A program made the position numbers and the translations under genes. A stretch of DNA of 64,000 nucleotides, from NCBI GenBank assembly GCA_902772905.1, contig CACYCL010000142.1, forward strand, positions 15,105 through 79,104. The letters run 5' to 3'. How positions within the stretch are numbered: the stretch's first letter is position 1; each line of letters begins with the position of its first letter. This DNA is from an uncultured bacterium. Its GTDB lineage: Bacteria; Verrucomicrobiota; Kiritimatiellia; RFP12; UBA1067. Of this stretch, positions 1-14,000 are shown in pieces. The notes under the pieces are model-generated. The model made no database searches. It saw nothing but the letters and a program-made list of their open reading frames with translations, and had not been told where the DNA came from.

Positions 1-803
1 CCGACAGACGGCACTATGGCGGCGTCGAACTGCATCTCGCCGTCCATCGCAATGCCGGCCTCGGCAAACTTCGGGCGCGCCAGCTCGACCGCCCTCTGCA
101 CCTTCTCCACGAGGTCGCCGGCGGCCGATCCCTTCGTGGAGAAGCTGAGATACGCCACTTTCGGAACTCCTCCGGTGAGGTCGCGGTACGACTGCGCCGT
201 CGCAAGGCCGATGTCTACGAGCTGCTCGGCTGTCGGGTTGGGTATCACGCCGCAGTCGCCGAAAGCGAGAACGGTGTCGCCGGACGGCGTCGGGCGCTTC
301 AAGTCGAGAATGAAGCAGGAACTCGCCGTCTTCACGCCGGGCTGGGTGCCAAGCGTGTGGAACGCGGCGCGCAGCATGTCGCCTGTGGAGGCTATGGACC
401 CGGCTACAAGGCCGTTCACACGACCGAGCTTCACCATCATGCCGCCGAAGTAGATGCGCTTCGCGCGGAGCGTCTTTTCAGCCGCCGCAAGGTCTATGAT
501 CTTCTGCTTCTCGGCGGGCTTCTTCGACTCCTTGGCGTTCCATGCCTCAAGATACGCCTTCTCGAGCTCGGCGTCGCCAGCCGTGTAGTCGATGGTCTTG
601 ATGCCCCGCTCGGCCAGGCTCAGCCTGGCCTTCTCCTCTGCGGCGGCTATCTCGGCGGCGGTGCCGAGAACAACCGGCGTGCATATCCTGCGGTCGACGC
701 ATGCGCACGCTGCCGTTATGACACGCGGATCCTGGCCCTCGGGCAGAACAACCGTTCCGTTCAGCTTGGAGGCCCGTTCAATTATGTTCTTTATGGCGTT
801 CAT
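1..803 (-). CDS. pta: Phosphate acetyltransferase (Pta); C-terminal part runs off the window edge. A possible alternative start lies 11 codons upstream at 836.
   Basis: Minus-strand translation gives MNAIKNIIERASKLNGTVVLPEGQDPRVITAA...SFSTKGSA...FDAAIVPSV, which is typical Pta. It sits immediately downstream of ackA in the same orientation. Confidence 0.85.
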   Translation of the reverse strand, partial: MNAIKNIIERASKLNGTVVLPEGQDPRVITAACACVDRRICTPVVLGTAAEIAAAEEKARLSLAERGIKTIDYTAGDAELEKAYLEAWNAKESKKPAEKQKIIDLAAAEKTLRAKRIYFGGMMVKLGRVNGLVAGSIASTGDMLRAAFHTLGTQPGVKTASSCFILDLKRPTPSGDTVLAFGDCGVIPNPTAEQLVDIGLATAQSYRDLTGGVPKVAYLSFSTKGSAAGDLVEKVQRAVELARPKFAEAGIAMDGEMQFDAAIVPSV

Positions 804-837
804 GGCTTTCTGAATTGAGAATCCCTCATTCTCCATT

Positions 838-1968
838 TTACACTTTGCGGTTCCCCAGAACCCTGACCGTGTCGCGGGCGATCATGAGTTCCTCGTTCGT
901 GGGGATTACGACAACCGGAATCTTCGACCCCTTGGCCGATATGACCTTGACTTCGCCGCGCACCTTGTTCGCCTTCTTGTCGAGCTTTATGCCGAGCGCG
1001 GCGAGGCGCTTTACTATGCGCTCCCTGACCTCGCCGGAGTTCTCGCCGATGCCGCCGGTCATTATGATCGCGTCCGCTCCGCCTACGACGGTGTTGTACG
1101 CGCCGATGTAGAGCGCCGTGCGGTACGCAAGCATCTCAAGCGCAAGCTCGGCCTTCTTCTCCCCCCTGGCCGCCATGGCGCAGATGTCGCGGCAGTCGCT
1201 GGAGCCCGTAAGCGCCAGAAGGCCCGACTTCTTGTTGAGTAGCGTATCCATCTCGGCGGGAGACTTCTTTTCCGTCTCCATGATCGAGAGAACCGCCGCC
1301 GCGTCGATGTCGCCGCAGCGCGTGCCCATCACAAGGCCGGCGAGCGGAGTGAGGCCCATCGTGGTGTCGACGACCCCGCCGTTCCTGATCGCGGCGAGCG
1401 ACGAGCCGTTGCCGAGATGGCAGGTCACGAGATTCACCTTGGCGACAGGCTTCTTGAGGAACTTCGCTGCGGCCTGCGTTATGAACTTGTGAGACGTCCC
1501 GTGGAAACCGTACTTGCGAATGCCGTACTTCTTGTAGTACTTCGGGTCTATCGCGTACATGCCGGCGCAGTCTGGCATTGTGGCGATGTGGAACGCGGTG
1601 TCGAACACGCCGACGTTCGGAACGCCCTTGAAGATGCGCTCGCACGCCTCGACGCCGCCGAGGTTCGCCGGCATATGCAGCGGACCGAACTTGACGAGCT
1701 TCTTCGCCTTGGCCATGTTGGCCTTCGTCATGAGCGCGGAGTCGGTGAAGACCTCGCCGCCGTGCAGAATGCGGTGGCCGATCGCGTCGATGTCCTTGGC
1801 GGCGTCGCCGAGGTCGGCGACCACCTGCGCAAGGGCGGCGGCGTGGTCCTTGGGACCGCCGCAGCCGATGCGCTCCACGAGGCCCTTCGCGAGACGCGTC
1901 TCGGTCTTCATGTCGAAGAGCTGGTACTTCAGCGAACTCGAACCAGAGTTTACTACTAGGATCTTCAT
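838..1968 (-). CDS. ackA: Acetate kinase
   Basis: 376-aa ORF beginning MKILVVNSGSSSLKYQLFDM, with the conserved acetate/propionate kinase motifs (HLGNGSS, MGTRCGDID). A purine-rich RBS precedes the start. Confidence 0.9.
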   Translation of the reverse strand: MKILVVNSGSSSLKYQLFDMKTETRLAKGLVERIGCGGPKDHAAALAQVVADLGDAAKDIDAIGHRILHGGEVFTDSALMTKANMAKAKKLVKFGPLHMPANLGGVEACERIFKGVPNVGVFDTAFHIATMPDCAGMYAIDPKYYKKYGIRKYGFHGTSHKFITQAAAKFLKKPVAKVNLVTCHLGNGSSLAAIRNGGVVDTTMGLTPLAGLVMGTRCGDIDAAAVLSIMETEKKSPAEMDTLLNKKSGLLALTGSSDCRDICAMAARGEKKAELALEMLAYRTALYIGAYNTVVGGADAIIMTGGIGENSGEVRERIVKRLAALGIKLDKKANKVRGEVKVISAKGSKIPVVVIPTNEELMIARDTVRVLGNRKV

Positions 1969-2004
1969 CTTCCTTGCTTCTCCATCTTCTTGTTTCTTCC
2001 TTGA

Positions 2005-5000
2005 TTACTCGATCTCGACCCTGAAGAACCCGCTCTTCGCATCGACGTTCTCCGGGAGCGGAGCGCGTATCTCCGTGCCGTCGGACGTGATCGTGACCGG
2101 CTCTTCGGCGACGAGCTTCCAGTCGGCGGCCAGCGTCTCTGTGCGGTATACCTTCACCGTCACCTTGGCGCCGCTTGCAACCGAGTACAGCGCGGCGACA
2201 GCGGGATCGACCGAGCCGGCCTCCGTCTCGGCGCCGATGCCGAGCACCACTTCGCCGCTGGCGCGGTCTATCGCGAGCGACGTGATGGCCACGGAGTCGT
2301 CGACGACCTTGTCCTCGATGAACAGCGAGCCGGACGCGGTGGTCACCTGCGAAAGCGGAATGCCTGTCATCAGCGACACGGCGTACTTGCCGCCTATCGG
2401 GAGCTGCAGCGGGCTCTCGAAGCCCTGCGCCAGCTGCGTAAGCGTCGCCGTCAGGTTCGTGTTGACGGCTATCAGCTCCGCGTCGCCGACGACGGGTGTG
2501 ATCGCCTCTGCGTCGAAGACATTGCCGTTCTGCTCCGCTTCCCAGACATCCGGGAATCCGTCGCCGTCGGTGTCGCGGTCTTCGATGTAGATGCTGCGCA
2601 TGGCCTCTGCCGCAATCTCCGGCCCGACCGTGACCGCGACAGGATTGAATATCGTCTTCGATCCGCTCACCGCCGCCTGGTCGCGCATGTTCAGGTAGCC
2701 CCAAGACTCCCAGTCGTCAAGCTGCCAGTCGTAGTCGGTGTCGATATAGGCCCTCAGGTAGTACGTTCCCGCCTTGAGGCCGGCTATGCGAACCACCGAA
2801 CCGGCGTCGGCGGCGAGCGCCTCAGCCGTCACGTTCGTGGCAACGGCCTCGGCGACGGGCATGCCCGTGAAGTCGGGCGACTCGAACGCCTGCACGCGGA
2901 TGCGGTTGGCGAGGTTCGCGGCGGGGCCGACATAGCAGACCCTGGCGTCCACCGCGAAGGAGCTCTCGTCTAGCGTGGTCACGTTCAGGCGGAACGTGTT
3001 CCAGCCGGAACCGACGTTGTCCGTCTTGAACTTGGCGTTGTGGGTGTAGACCTGCCACGTGTAGTTCTCAAGGTTCTTGAACACGAGGTGGTCGCCGCTC
3101 GGCGACGGCGCATCGGCGAAGAGCGGAGCCGTCCAGCTGTAGACGCCAGACGAATCGGCCGCCGGCATGCGCTGGTAGCCGGAGTTGTAGACTTCGTTGT
3201 TGCTCGAATCCCTCACGACCACGCGGAAGGCCGTGTACGTCGTGCCATAGGCAGAGGCCCACGCATCCTCGTTGTCGATGCGCCAGCGGAACGTCGGCTG
3301 CGCCACGCGGCAGACGCCGTCGCCGTTGAGCGTCACCGCCGTAGGCGCGGTGTGCCTGATCTCGAAGCGGCGCGTGACGGCAAACGGATGCGCGTAGACC
3401 CTGTGCACGTTGTCCTTGTCGCTGTAGTACTCGATGTCGCCATCGCCAAGGACGACGGCGTACGTCATGTTTGTCACGTCGTCGCCGGCGCTTGCCACGT
3501 CAATGTTGTTGTACACCCCTCTCTCAAGGTTGTCCCAGTCGATGTCGAGCGCTCCGTCGGCGAGGAAGTCGCCCTCGTGGATGAAGCCACGGACATCGCG
3601 GCTGAACGTCTTGTCGAAGATGACCTCGGGGTCGGTGTTGACCTTCCAGACGGGATCGCCGTCAACCGCGAAGCGGACGACCCTGACGCGGGTGCTTGCG
3701 GGAAGCGACGAAACATCCGCCGTGATGAGCTTGTTCGATGGCGACGTCTCGCCGAAGCGAGCGATGCGGTCGCAGGAGTCGACCGTCCAGAGATCCAGAC
3801 GCGGAGCGATCGCGGAAGTATCCGAGAGCTCCATCTCGGCTTTCGTGGAGTTCCAGCCAACGTCAACGTTGTGGAGAACGCCAAACGGAGTGCCGGGCAT
3901 GTAATCAATAGAGGACGACTGCGTTTCATCGCCACCCTCCCTCGACACAACTGCATACGCCATGAAGTGATTCGCCCCCTCCTTGAGCATACCAGCTGTC
4001 GGCACATGGAGCGTCAGATTGCTGACACCACGCTTGACGGCATTGCTCAGAACAAAGACTGCATCCGGCACAAGCATTGCTGGATCATTATAGGCATTGA
4101 CTACGAGTGTCGCCGTCTCGCCTGCCGAAAGCTGGCTGCCATTGTAGTAGACCGTCAAATCAACCTTCGGCATAGGATGCCCACCGTATGCTACGATAGG
4201 TTTATACGCGACAAGAGTATAGCGAATCTTGGTGTCATACGAGCTTCTATATCCTCCACCAGGATTATCTATATCCAAATGCCAGCCGCTATAATTGTTT
4301 AGACTCTCAACACTTGCGATAACAGCCTGATTGGTTGCCATAAAGATGCTACGCTCCGTGCTGTCCATGTCAAACGTAACGGTATACAGATTCGTCTCGG
4401 TACCAACCTGCACCCATGTAGACTCGTCGTCTTTCGAACGCAACTCCGCGAAGTTCGACCACCCATTCTCGTCGCCGTCGCGCTGGGCGTCCCAGACGTT
4501 CGCGTCGATGGCATCGGAGTTCTGCGCGCGCTCCCAGTGGTCTTCCATCTGGTCGTGGTCGGTGAACATCTCGCCGACGTACAGCTTGCCGACCCTGCGG
4601 AAGTAGTCGAGCGTCCGCGTGTCGCTCATGGGGCTCTTCGGGTTCAGCAGCATTCCGAACGGGAAGCACTCGCTGATGATGTACTCGACGTAGTTGCTGA
4701 GTCCGTCGTTGTCCGTGTCCGTCGTGCCGCCCTCGCCGTAGACGCCGTACATGTCGTCCCACCAGTCGGGAGTGCCGCTCTTGTCCTCGTCGGCGGTCTG
4801 CGCGAGGTCGTCGCGATCGAGAACGTCGAGGTCGCCGTCATCGTTCGCAGCCACCACGCGGCCATGCGCCAGGTCGCGGCGGTATGCCTCGCCGGCCGTC
4901 ATCTTGATGCCGGGAACGGACGACGCCACGTCGCGCTTCCAGTACACGATCGTGTCCCACGTGAGCGGCTCGGACTCCGGCGAATAGTTCGCGACGGCGA

Positions 5001-8000
5001 ACTCCTCCCAGATGTCGGGCAGATCGTTGAAGTTCGCGTCGTCCGACGTGATCTCCCAGGATGTCGAGGCTCCCTCTCCGTCCCACATAGTGGAGCAGCT
5101 CTTCGCGTATGCGCCGCCAAGAGGCAGGAGGTCGAAGCCGTCCGTCAGGGCGTTGCGCCCGGTGAAGCGGAACATGTCGAAGCGCGCCGTGCCGGTCTCG
5201 TTCGTCGTGCTGCCGTTTTCGAACTTCGCGACAAGACTGTCAAGCTCGGCCATGAGGTGGTGGCGCATTCCGGGCGCACAATACTCGGTTTTGCGCGTCG
5301 CGTCATTGTAGGAAAGCTGCGTCCAGCGGCTCGCCGGCTCTGCAGTCCGCGCGAAATTGTACGTTCCGTTCGTGCCGCCGCAGGTGTTGTCGCTCCAGAA
5401 GAACGAGTCGAGGGTGGTGCCGTCGAAGCGCGGCAGGTGCGCGATCGTGTTGGGCACCCACTGCACCCACTGGTCGCTGGAGTACACGGAGCCGAAGCCG
5501 TCGAGAATCTTCTTCCACCACGATACGTTCCAGTCCGTCGGGCGGGACAGGACGGCCGCGCCGCGCTCTGGGTTGCCCAGCGCCGCCACCTGGTAGTAGT
5601 CGAAGCCGGCAGGCACCTTGGCCACGACTCCCTCGTCGGCGCCGCCTGGCACCGAGTCGAACGAGAAGTGGTAGCGCAGCTCCGGAACGAGCGAGACTTC
5701 GTCGCCGTCCGCGTCCTTCACGTAGCGGTTGCCGTACTTGCGCCAGTCGGAGTAGAACGAGTTGCGGTTCTCGAGCGCCGCATCGCGCGTGTAGCGCTTG
5801 CGGGCCGTGACGTCGGAGCGTATGTCGGCCGGCGCGCGCGCGCCGTCCCAGATGCGGACTTCGTCGATGTAGCCCTTGAAGAAGTTGTTGTAGTAGTTCC
5901 AGCCAACGGCATTGTTGACGTTGAACGCATCCGCCGCGCCGCCCTCGGCGAGGGTCTTGAGGCTCGCGCCCACGACGATCGTCCTGAGGGCATATTCCCT
6001 GTCGTACCAGTAGTCGCCGGTGGAATGGGCGTATATGAAGTCCGCAGGAGTGGTCGTCCGCCTCAGGACGAGCGCGCTCGTTCCGTATTCTGGCTGACGC
6101 GCCGACTCGACGGGCGCAGCCGCCTCGTATCCGTCAACGAACAGGATGAAGCGGGAGCCGTCAAAGGTCGCGGCGACATGATGCCACGCGCCGGTGTCCA
6201 CGTCGGCCGCGCTGAAGACTTCCACGTACGACCTCGGAAGCGTTCCGTTCGCGTCGTACTTCGCGTACCACTTTCCGTTCTTTATGCCGATCTGGAAGTT
6301 CTTCCTCACGAACTCCTCGTCGCCGGCCTTCGACTCGTCGCACCAGATGGCGCGCTCGACGAACGTCGCGTCGTCGGTGGACTCCGCCTTGACCCAGGCC
6401 TCGACGGTGAACTTCATGAACGTCATCTCGTCAGGCCAGACCTCGGTCGCCACTGGATAGCGCTCGGCGACCTCCGGCGGCGTCTGCAGGGCGGACGGAT
6501 TGCCGGCGCCCTGGAAGTACATCGCCTGGCGACGGTTCGGGGAGTTCGCGTCCTGCGGATCGGAAGAAGCGCGCAGCTTGCCCTCGGCCTCAACTGCATC
6601 GGACATCGCGTCATGGTCGCTGTCGTAGCCTTCGTTCTCCTCGAACGAGAACATCCAGTTCATCTCGCCCTTGCCATAGAGGAACCAGCCCCTGTCCTGG
6701 CTGCACTCCACATAGCGCGGCGGCAGCGGCGGGAGCAGCGACGCGGGCGCCCAGCAGCCGTAGTCGGTGAACGAATAGGTCTGTCCGCCGTATGTGAACT
6801 CGTCGCCTGCGGTCTGCACGAAGATGTCGCGGCCTGGCATGCGGAAGTACATGCGCGTCAGCGAGGCGTCGTAGCTCCTATCGGTCATCCAGAGCGGCGT
6901 CGGGTCGGTGTGAAGCCACGTCTTGGTGCCCATCTTCGACATGATCGCCTCCGTCTGGTTGCGCAAGTCGTCGCCGTCGGGGTCGGCGGTGGCAAGGCCG
7001 TTCAGCCACGGGTAGTACTCGAAGTCGTAGCCGGTGCCGCGAGGCGCCTCGCCGGTCTTGTAGTACGTTCCGTTCTTGGCGCGGAACGTCCAGGCGTTGG
7101 CCTTCGGGTCGTCCGCATTCCAGGCCTCGAAGATCGTGTCGGAGCCGTCGCTGTGCCAGGCGTCGAACACGATGTCGCACGGGCCCTCGTTCTTGAGCGG
7201 CACTCCGCTGGCGCCGAGAAGCGGGTTCATGCCGTGGAAGAGCTCGTAGTAGTCGTCCATGCCGTCGTGGTCGGAGTCGGCCTCGATAGGCGAGCAGCTG
7301 ATGTACTTGTTCGGCCTCGTGACGAACGTTCCGGACTTCTCGGCTTCCTCGGCGAACGGCATCGCCCAGAGGTCGCGCAGGCTCTCGTCGCCTACGCGGT
7401 CCTTGAAGTAGTACCACGCGCCGCCGGCGGAGTGATCGACGTACGCGGGATCCCAGACGTTGTCGATGCGCGAGAAGTACTGGGCGCCGGTCGTCTGGCC
7501 GCTGATGAGGCGCGGGTTGTAGATCGGGCTCGTCTTGTCCACGAGCGTCTTGTACCAGAACTCGCCGTCGCCGCCGTCCTCGGCGTCCGTCGTGATCGTC
7601 TCATCTCCGAAGAGCTCGTTGATGAGCTCGTAGTCGGGCGAGAAGTTGCCGTCGTCGTCCCAGTACGCCTCGTCCGGTATCGAGACCCACGGCGTCAGGA
7701 TGTCGTCGTAGCGCCAGCAGCGCATCGTCCCTGCCATGTACTCCTGCCAGTTCTCAAGGCCGTCGCGGTCGTAGTCGCGGTTGACCTTGCCGAACATCTT
7801 GGCGCCGTCGACGCGGTCGAGAATCGCCGTTCCGATGCGCCCGTCGGCATCGACGCTGCCTGTCACAATCGTCAGAGCGTCCATCACGGTGCCGTCCATG
7901 CCGTCGACAAGGCCCTCAAGCGGGTTGCCGACGGCGCTTCCGTCCACCGTCGCGTATGTGGCATCCTCGCCGGAGTAGACGGAGGAGCCGTTGTACTGCA

Positions 8001-11000
8001 TTTCCCAGCCGTCTGGGATTCCGTCAAGGTCGGTATCTACCGAGAGCGGGTTGAGGCCGCCGCCGGGAATCGAGCAGAGCTTGCCGTCGTCAGCCGGGTT
8101 GCCGTAGATGAAGCCCTTGTTCGTACCACGCTCGCCGTTCGCCCTGGCCTCGTCGCCGTCGCGCACGCCGTCGCCGTCCGTGTCGGCGTTCCACGGGTCG
8201 GTCGGGAAGAACTTGTTGAGCCACTTTGCATGCTCCTCGGGACGCGTGATCGTCGTCGAGTAGTCGGCGTAGTAGAGCACAGTGTCGGTGCCGGCGAACT
8301 CCTGCCACTCGGTCAGGTTGTCGTTGTCGCCAGCCGACGTGTCGTAGCCGGATGTCGACATGTTGTCGGTGTAGCTCGCGTTCTTGGCATACGGCATGAA
8401 CGGGCCGAACGCGCTGAAGTTGCCGTCGGAGAGCGGCCCAGGGAAGCGGAAGTAGTACTTCTCCTCCGCGGCCTTGTACTCCTTCGGGCCGCTCATAACG
8501 TAGAGCTCCCAGCCGTCCGGCACGCCGTCGCCGTCGGTGTCGGCGCCGTTCTCGATGGTCGAGCCGGCCACCACCGTGCGGCCAACGTAGTTGTCGGTGG
8601 TCGTAAGATCCGGCTCGTTGGGGCCGCGCCCGTTGGTCGTGTACTCAGACCACACCTTGGCCCACGTGCGGGTAGGAGACGTGTGAACCTCCATCGACGC
8701 GCCGTTGTTCAGGAAGAACGACATGACGAGGAACTCGTCGTACAGCGTGTACTCGCGTGTGCGGGCGGCAACGCCGGCGTATCCGAACGTCGCACTGAAG
8801 TTGTTCGCCTTTGCCTCTGTAGACTCTCCGTCGTCGGACGACGCGGTCGTGCCCCAGCGGGCGCCAAGCGGGGTGTTGGCATTCCACGCAGTGCGCGGAT
8901 CGAAGCCGAACTCCTGGTAGACGAGGTAGTGCAGGTAGGCGATCGTGTCGTCTTCCTCGGGCAGGTACGCGAGAGCCACGCCCGCCGGCGCGTTCTGGTA
9001 GCGCCCGATCGCCAGGAAGCCGAATCCGCCGACGTTGGCTCTCGCGTTGCCGGTCGTCAGGCCGTCGACGTCGCGTCCATACAGCCAGCCGGCCATGGAT
9101 TCCTCGACCTCTTCGGCGAACGAGACATAGCCGAAGTCGACGGTCGCCGCAGTGTCGGGGGCCTCGTCGAGCACAGTGCCCGCGACGAGACGGGTTGGCA
9201 TCAGGCGCACCAGGTGGTCGCCGTCGGCGTCGGTGAAGCTGCCGGCCGTCCAGGTGTTCTCCGGCGACAGGTCGCCTGCAAGATACACCTTGCCGTTGCG
9301 CTCCGTGTACGCAGGCACGGCGGTCGTCAAGTTGGTCACGCCGCCGACCATGACCACATAGCCCGCGGAGTCGGCTGCGAAGACCATGTTCGTGGGCAGG
9401 TCGCCAGTCGGCATCACATACCACTGGATGCCGTCCGTGTCGCCGTTCGCGTCCACAAGCGCGAACTTGCTGAGCGCCTTGACGTGCTTTGGCGAGGGAA
9501 CCATGTAGTTCTTCTCGTACATGGGCGAGGTGTAGGCCATCGCGTCGCCGTCGTAGTTGCGCATCGCGTCGCATACGCCCGTAGTCGTGTACCTGAGCAG
9601 CGGGTCTGTTCCGGCGATCATGATTTCAAAGCCGTCGGGGAGCCCGTCGCCGTCGGTGTCGAAGTCGAACGGGTTGGTTCCGATCATGAACTCGATGAGA
9701 TCGGGCAGGCCGTCGTTGTCGGTATCCTGCGAAACGGAGAACGCGGCGTTGGCGACAACAGGATCGTATGTGGCCGCAATCTCGGCGGCAGGTATGAAGC
9801 GGCCCTCGCCGGGGTTGCGCGGATCGTATGCGCGGCCTGTCAGGTACTTGTGCACGCCGCCGTCGTTGTAGCCGACGTGCGCGCGGTACCAGATGTAGTA
9901 CTCGTAGCCGTCGGGCAGGCCGTCTTCGTCGGTGTCGGCGAGCGTCGGATCGGTCGGGCGCTCGGGCGACCACTTGGTCCAGTTGCCCTTGTCCTCGGGG
10001 TCGAGTCCGTTCGCGGCGGCGTAGTCGAGCCATGCGAGATACTCGACGGGCATGGAGCCGTCGTAGCCGTCAAGCGTGGACTTCGAATCAGCGCGCGGGT
10101 CGGTGTAGACGCGGTCCGGCAGCACGTTCGCGACGCGGGTGAGGGCGTTGTTGTCGGTCGCGTCGTTGAGAGCATCGCCGTTGCCGCGGATCTCGAGCTT
10201 GGCGTTGAACGGCTTGCCCGTAGTCACCCACGTTCCGGAGAGGCCTGGTATGAGCGTGCCGTATACGGACGTTTCGCCGGACGGCAGATAGTCCTCGTCG
10301 TCGTTGAAGCCGGAGACCTTCGTGAGGTCGCTGCCGGACACCGAGCCGGACTCCGTGTCGACAATGCCGAAGCCATACTTGTTCACGTAGACGTCCGGCA
10401 CGCCGTCAAGGTTGATGTCGCCCATGTTGTCGGAGGCGAGGTATTCGATCGAGAAGATCGCCTCGAGCGTAGTGGTCGCGTAGTTGCCCTTGTCGTCCTG
10501 CTCGGTGGGCAGCGTGGCCGTCTTGCCGGAGTCGGACGCAAGCAGGTACTCAGGCGCGGTCGTCTCGTTGAGGTACGTGAAGCTCGTGGAGCCGCTGTCG
10601 GCGTCCGCCGACTTGATCATCCACGCATAGAGGAAGGAGTCGACGGGATTGCCGTTCCTGTCGCCCGACGCAGAGTAGGCGTACGCCGAATCGGATGCGC
10701 CGAGGTTCGCGCCGCGGCCGTTGAGCGGCGTGTCGCGGTCGAGGTAGTAGCCGACCGTGTAGCCGCCGAAGCCGTCGGGCATGTGCAGCTGCGCGCCGTC
10801 GTCCACGTCGCCGACCTTGTAGCCGTAGCCGTGCACCGTCCACTCGGTCGCAAGCCCGCAGTTGATTATCGACTTGAACCACGACGCCGATATCGCGGAG
10901 CGCGACTCCGCCCAGACGCGTCCGCGCCCGAGGCCCGCCGCGCTGTCGTACTTGGACACGTCGCCGCCGGCCGGGCCGTGCGCGACGATCGTCATCGTCT

Positions 11001-14000
11001 TGGACGCCTCCACGAGGTACTCCCACACAACCGTGGCGGAGCCGCCGTCCGGGTCCTTGATGGTGAGCTTGACGCTCTGCGGGCCGGAATCCTTGAACGT
11101 CGGGATGAAGCCCGCCGCGCCGTCGGCAAGCGCGGCATCGCGGCTCGTGTAGGTCTTCGGGCCCCATCCGCCGCCGCCCTTGAACTCGACGGTTATTCCG
11201 CGCGAGAAGTCGAGGTCCACGTCGTCAAACGCCCAGGTGATGGCCTCGTCGGCAGCGCCGATGGAGGCCGGTATGGCGTTCGTGCTCGGAATCGGGTACA
11301 CGTCGAACTGCTCGTCGAGAAGCGGAGCGTCGTTGTAGACGAGCACGCGTGGCTGCACCACGCCGAGGTAGTACTCGCCGGGATGCTTGCCGCCGGAGTT
11401 CGGAACCACGTGCGTCGTGTCCTCGACCATCGTGGGCGAGATGCTGAAGCCGGAGTTGCGCGTGTCGGCCGTGCCGTCCATCGTCTTCACGTAGATGGTC
11501 TTCGTAGTCGTGCGCGCCGGGAACCTTACGTTGTAGCTGCCGTCGGACTGCAGCACGACGTCTGCCTCCTCCTGAAGCTGGAACGTGCCCGTGCCGCCCG
11601 TCGCGTTCGGAGCGACGACGAGGTTCACCCACATGTCGAACGCGCAGTCGTTGATGTCCAGATCGACCGTTATCGCAGCCTCGCCGCCGAAGTCAAGGCT
11701 GCTCTGCTCGTTGTACGGCGATGTCGTCGTGACCGTGATCGCCGGCTGGTCGATGACGTTCACGTAGAACACGAACTTCGAGCTCCACTTGTTGCCCATG
11801 TCCTTGTCGCGCAGGTCGACAGTGACCGTCCACCTGCCCGCCGTCGGGAAGTCGAACTTGCAGGTGGTCTCGTCGGGGTCGCCCTCGACGATGCCGGTGG
11901 TCGAGGCGGTCGAGGGGTCCGTCGGGCCGTACGTCGCGCCGGTCTCGTCGGTGAACACCCAGCGCATCTGGAACTTGCGGTCGTCGACGGAAACTGGGTT
12001 CTTGTCGAGGTCGCCCGGCTCCTCCACGACCAGCGAGAACTCCTGCTCGATGCCAAGCGGGAACTTCGCGGGCCTCTCGGCCCCGCCGACAGTCGCGCCG
12101 CTCTCGCTGACCTCGTAGAGGCCGAGCGTCACGGAGTCCACGGACGGCACTACGTTGTGCGTGGTGATGACGAGCGTGTTCTTTGCGCGGTATGCGCCAA
12201 CGCGCTTGTCGACGTCGTCGGTCCACGTGTCGGTCGTGAGGAACACAATCGAATAGGAGTACGTGGAGCCCATCTTGCTCGCGTCGCCGTCGAGCATGAC
12301 GAACTTGCAGCCGCTCGAAAGCGACGTGGCGTAGTTCGTGAGCTTGATGCCCTTGCCGCCCGCCGCCGCCTTCCACTTGCAGGATATCGCGGCGGCATCC
12401 GCGTCGGTGTCGCCCAGGATGTACGCGTAGATGTCGCCGAGCGTGTTCTGCTTGTCGAGCGTGATCTTCACCTGAACCTCGTCGCCCTCGTCGAACTCGT
12501 ATTCGCCGCTCGTGGTCTCCACCGTGTAGCCGGCGGGCGTAGTGACCTCAACCTGGAAGTTGTGGTTCGCGCTCTGGTTGCCGCTTACCGGGGAGACGAC
12601 GTACACGACGGACTTGTTCACCCCCGGCTCGTTGTAGATCACGCTCGGCAGCGTGTCGGTCGTGCCGACCTTGTAGAGCACATTGCCCTTGCCGGGCTTG
12701 TAGAGGCCATCGACCTGCGTGAAGGTGGTGTCGGTGTCGGTGTTCTTCTCTATCCAGACCTGGTAGCCGACGTCGCTCTGCATGTCGGCGTAGATGTCGC
12801 TCACTACGATCTGGAGCGTGCGCTCCGCACCGGCGATCGCAGTCGCGTAGTCGGTAGCGTCGAACATCGATTCGATGACCGGGTTCTGGGCGTTGATCGT
12901 GAGCGAGCTCTGGGCCGTGTTCCAGCCGTCGATGCCGCCGTCGGCAGAAGGCTGCGCGGCTGTCGTGTCGTCGGTCGTGACGGCGAACGTGAGCTTCTTC
13001 GTTCCGGTTACGTATTCGTCGCTCCTGAGCGCATAGAGGTATATCTTGCCGTCGGTGAGCGTCACGCCGTCAAGCATGGCGGGCGTGGTCGAGCCGGCCC
13101 TGAACACGAGAACATGGTTCGCCGCCGGGGTCGTGAGAGTCGGGTCGGCGTCCGTAGTGGCCGTGAGGCGGATGTAGTCCCACCAGTTGTTCGGGCACGT
13201 CGTGTCGGTGAACGCGGGGACGATCTCGACCTCGAAGTCGTGGTCGATCGGGTTCTCGGAGAGGCTCACGTTAAGCTCGGTCACGTAGGTCGTGTAGTCG
13301 CTCGTCGCGGTGACGGAGGTCTTGCCGGGCTTGATCGTGACGGAAGCCGGCTGGGGCTCAACGCAGGCGACCTTGCGCGTGAGGTAGTTGGCGAGCCTGG
13401 TGTTCTGCGGGTCGTACGTGAAGTCGGGGAACGCGCTGAGGACTATGTCGGCCTCGCCGCCCTTGGCGACGCCGCGAAGGTTGAACTCGTACTCCTGCTT
13501 GCCGGAGACGATCTTGACCTCGCCGACCTGGCGCGACTCGGTCGCTGTGGCAGAGGTGTGCACGGAGCGCGTGGTGACGTTCTGAACGTCGCGGCCTGCG
13601 ATCAGCTCGACCGCATCCGGGTTGTCGGACCAGACGTAGAGGGTTACGGAGTTTGTCGGCACGCCGGAGACGACGAGCGACGGCACGGAGCCGACGGGCT
13701 GGGCGTCGGTCGGGTGCTCGTGCACCGTGCGCCACAGCGTGGAGGTCTCGTCTTCGCTGTCGAAGTCCACCGTCTGGACGTTGAAGTTGCAGAGGGAGAG
13801 GTCGTAGTCGACGCGGCGGGCGACATAGTCGGGCGAGGAGGCCGAATAGCGCATTGTGCCGTAGACGAAGTTCGCAGAGCGCGTGGCGGCCGAGGAGTCG
13901 GTGGAGTCGTCAATGTCCCACGCGGCGGCGCCGAGCGACGTATCGCGGAAGTTCAGGTAGTACTCGACCGACGGCTCGTAAAGCGAATCGGTGACCATCG

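Noticed and set aside
836-836. Alternative pta start 11 codons upstream (MENEGFSIQKA-MNAIK...)
   Set aside because: The MNAIK start matches canonical Pta N-terminal spacing. The upstream ATG overlaps the ackA stop and lacks a better RBS. It is kept as a possibility only.
1136-2704. 522-aa minus-strand and 343-aa plus-strand ORFs overlapping ackA and the 3' end of the giant gene
   Set aside because: They are alternative-frame or antisense artefacts that are Arg-rich with no motifs. ackA and the giant gene fully explain the region.
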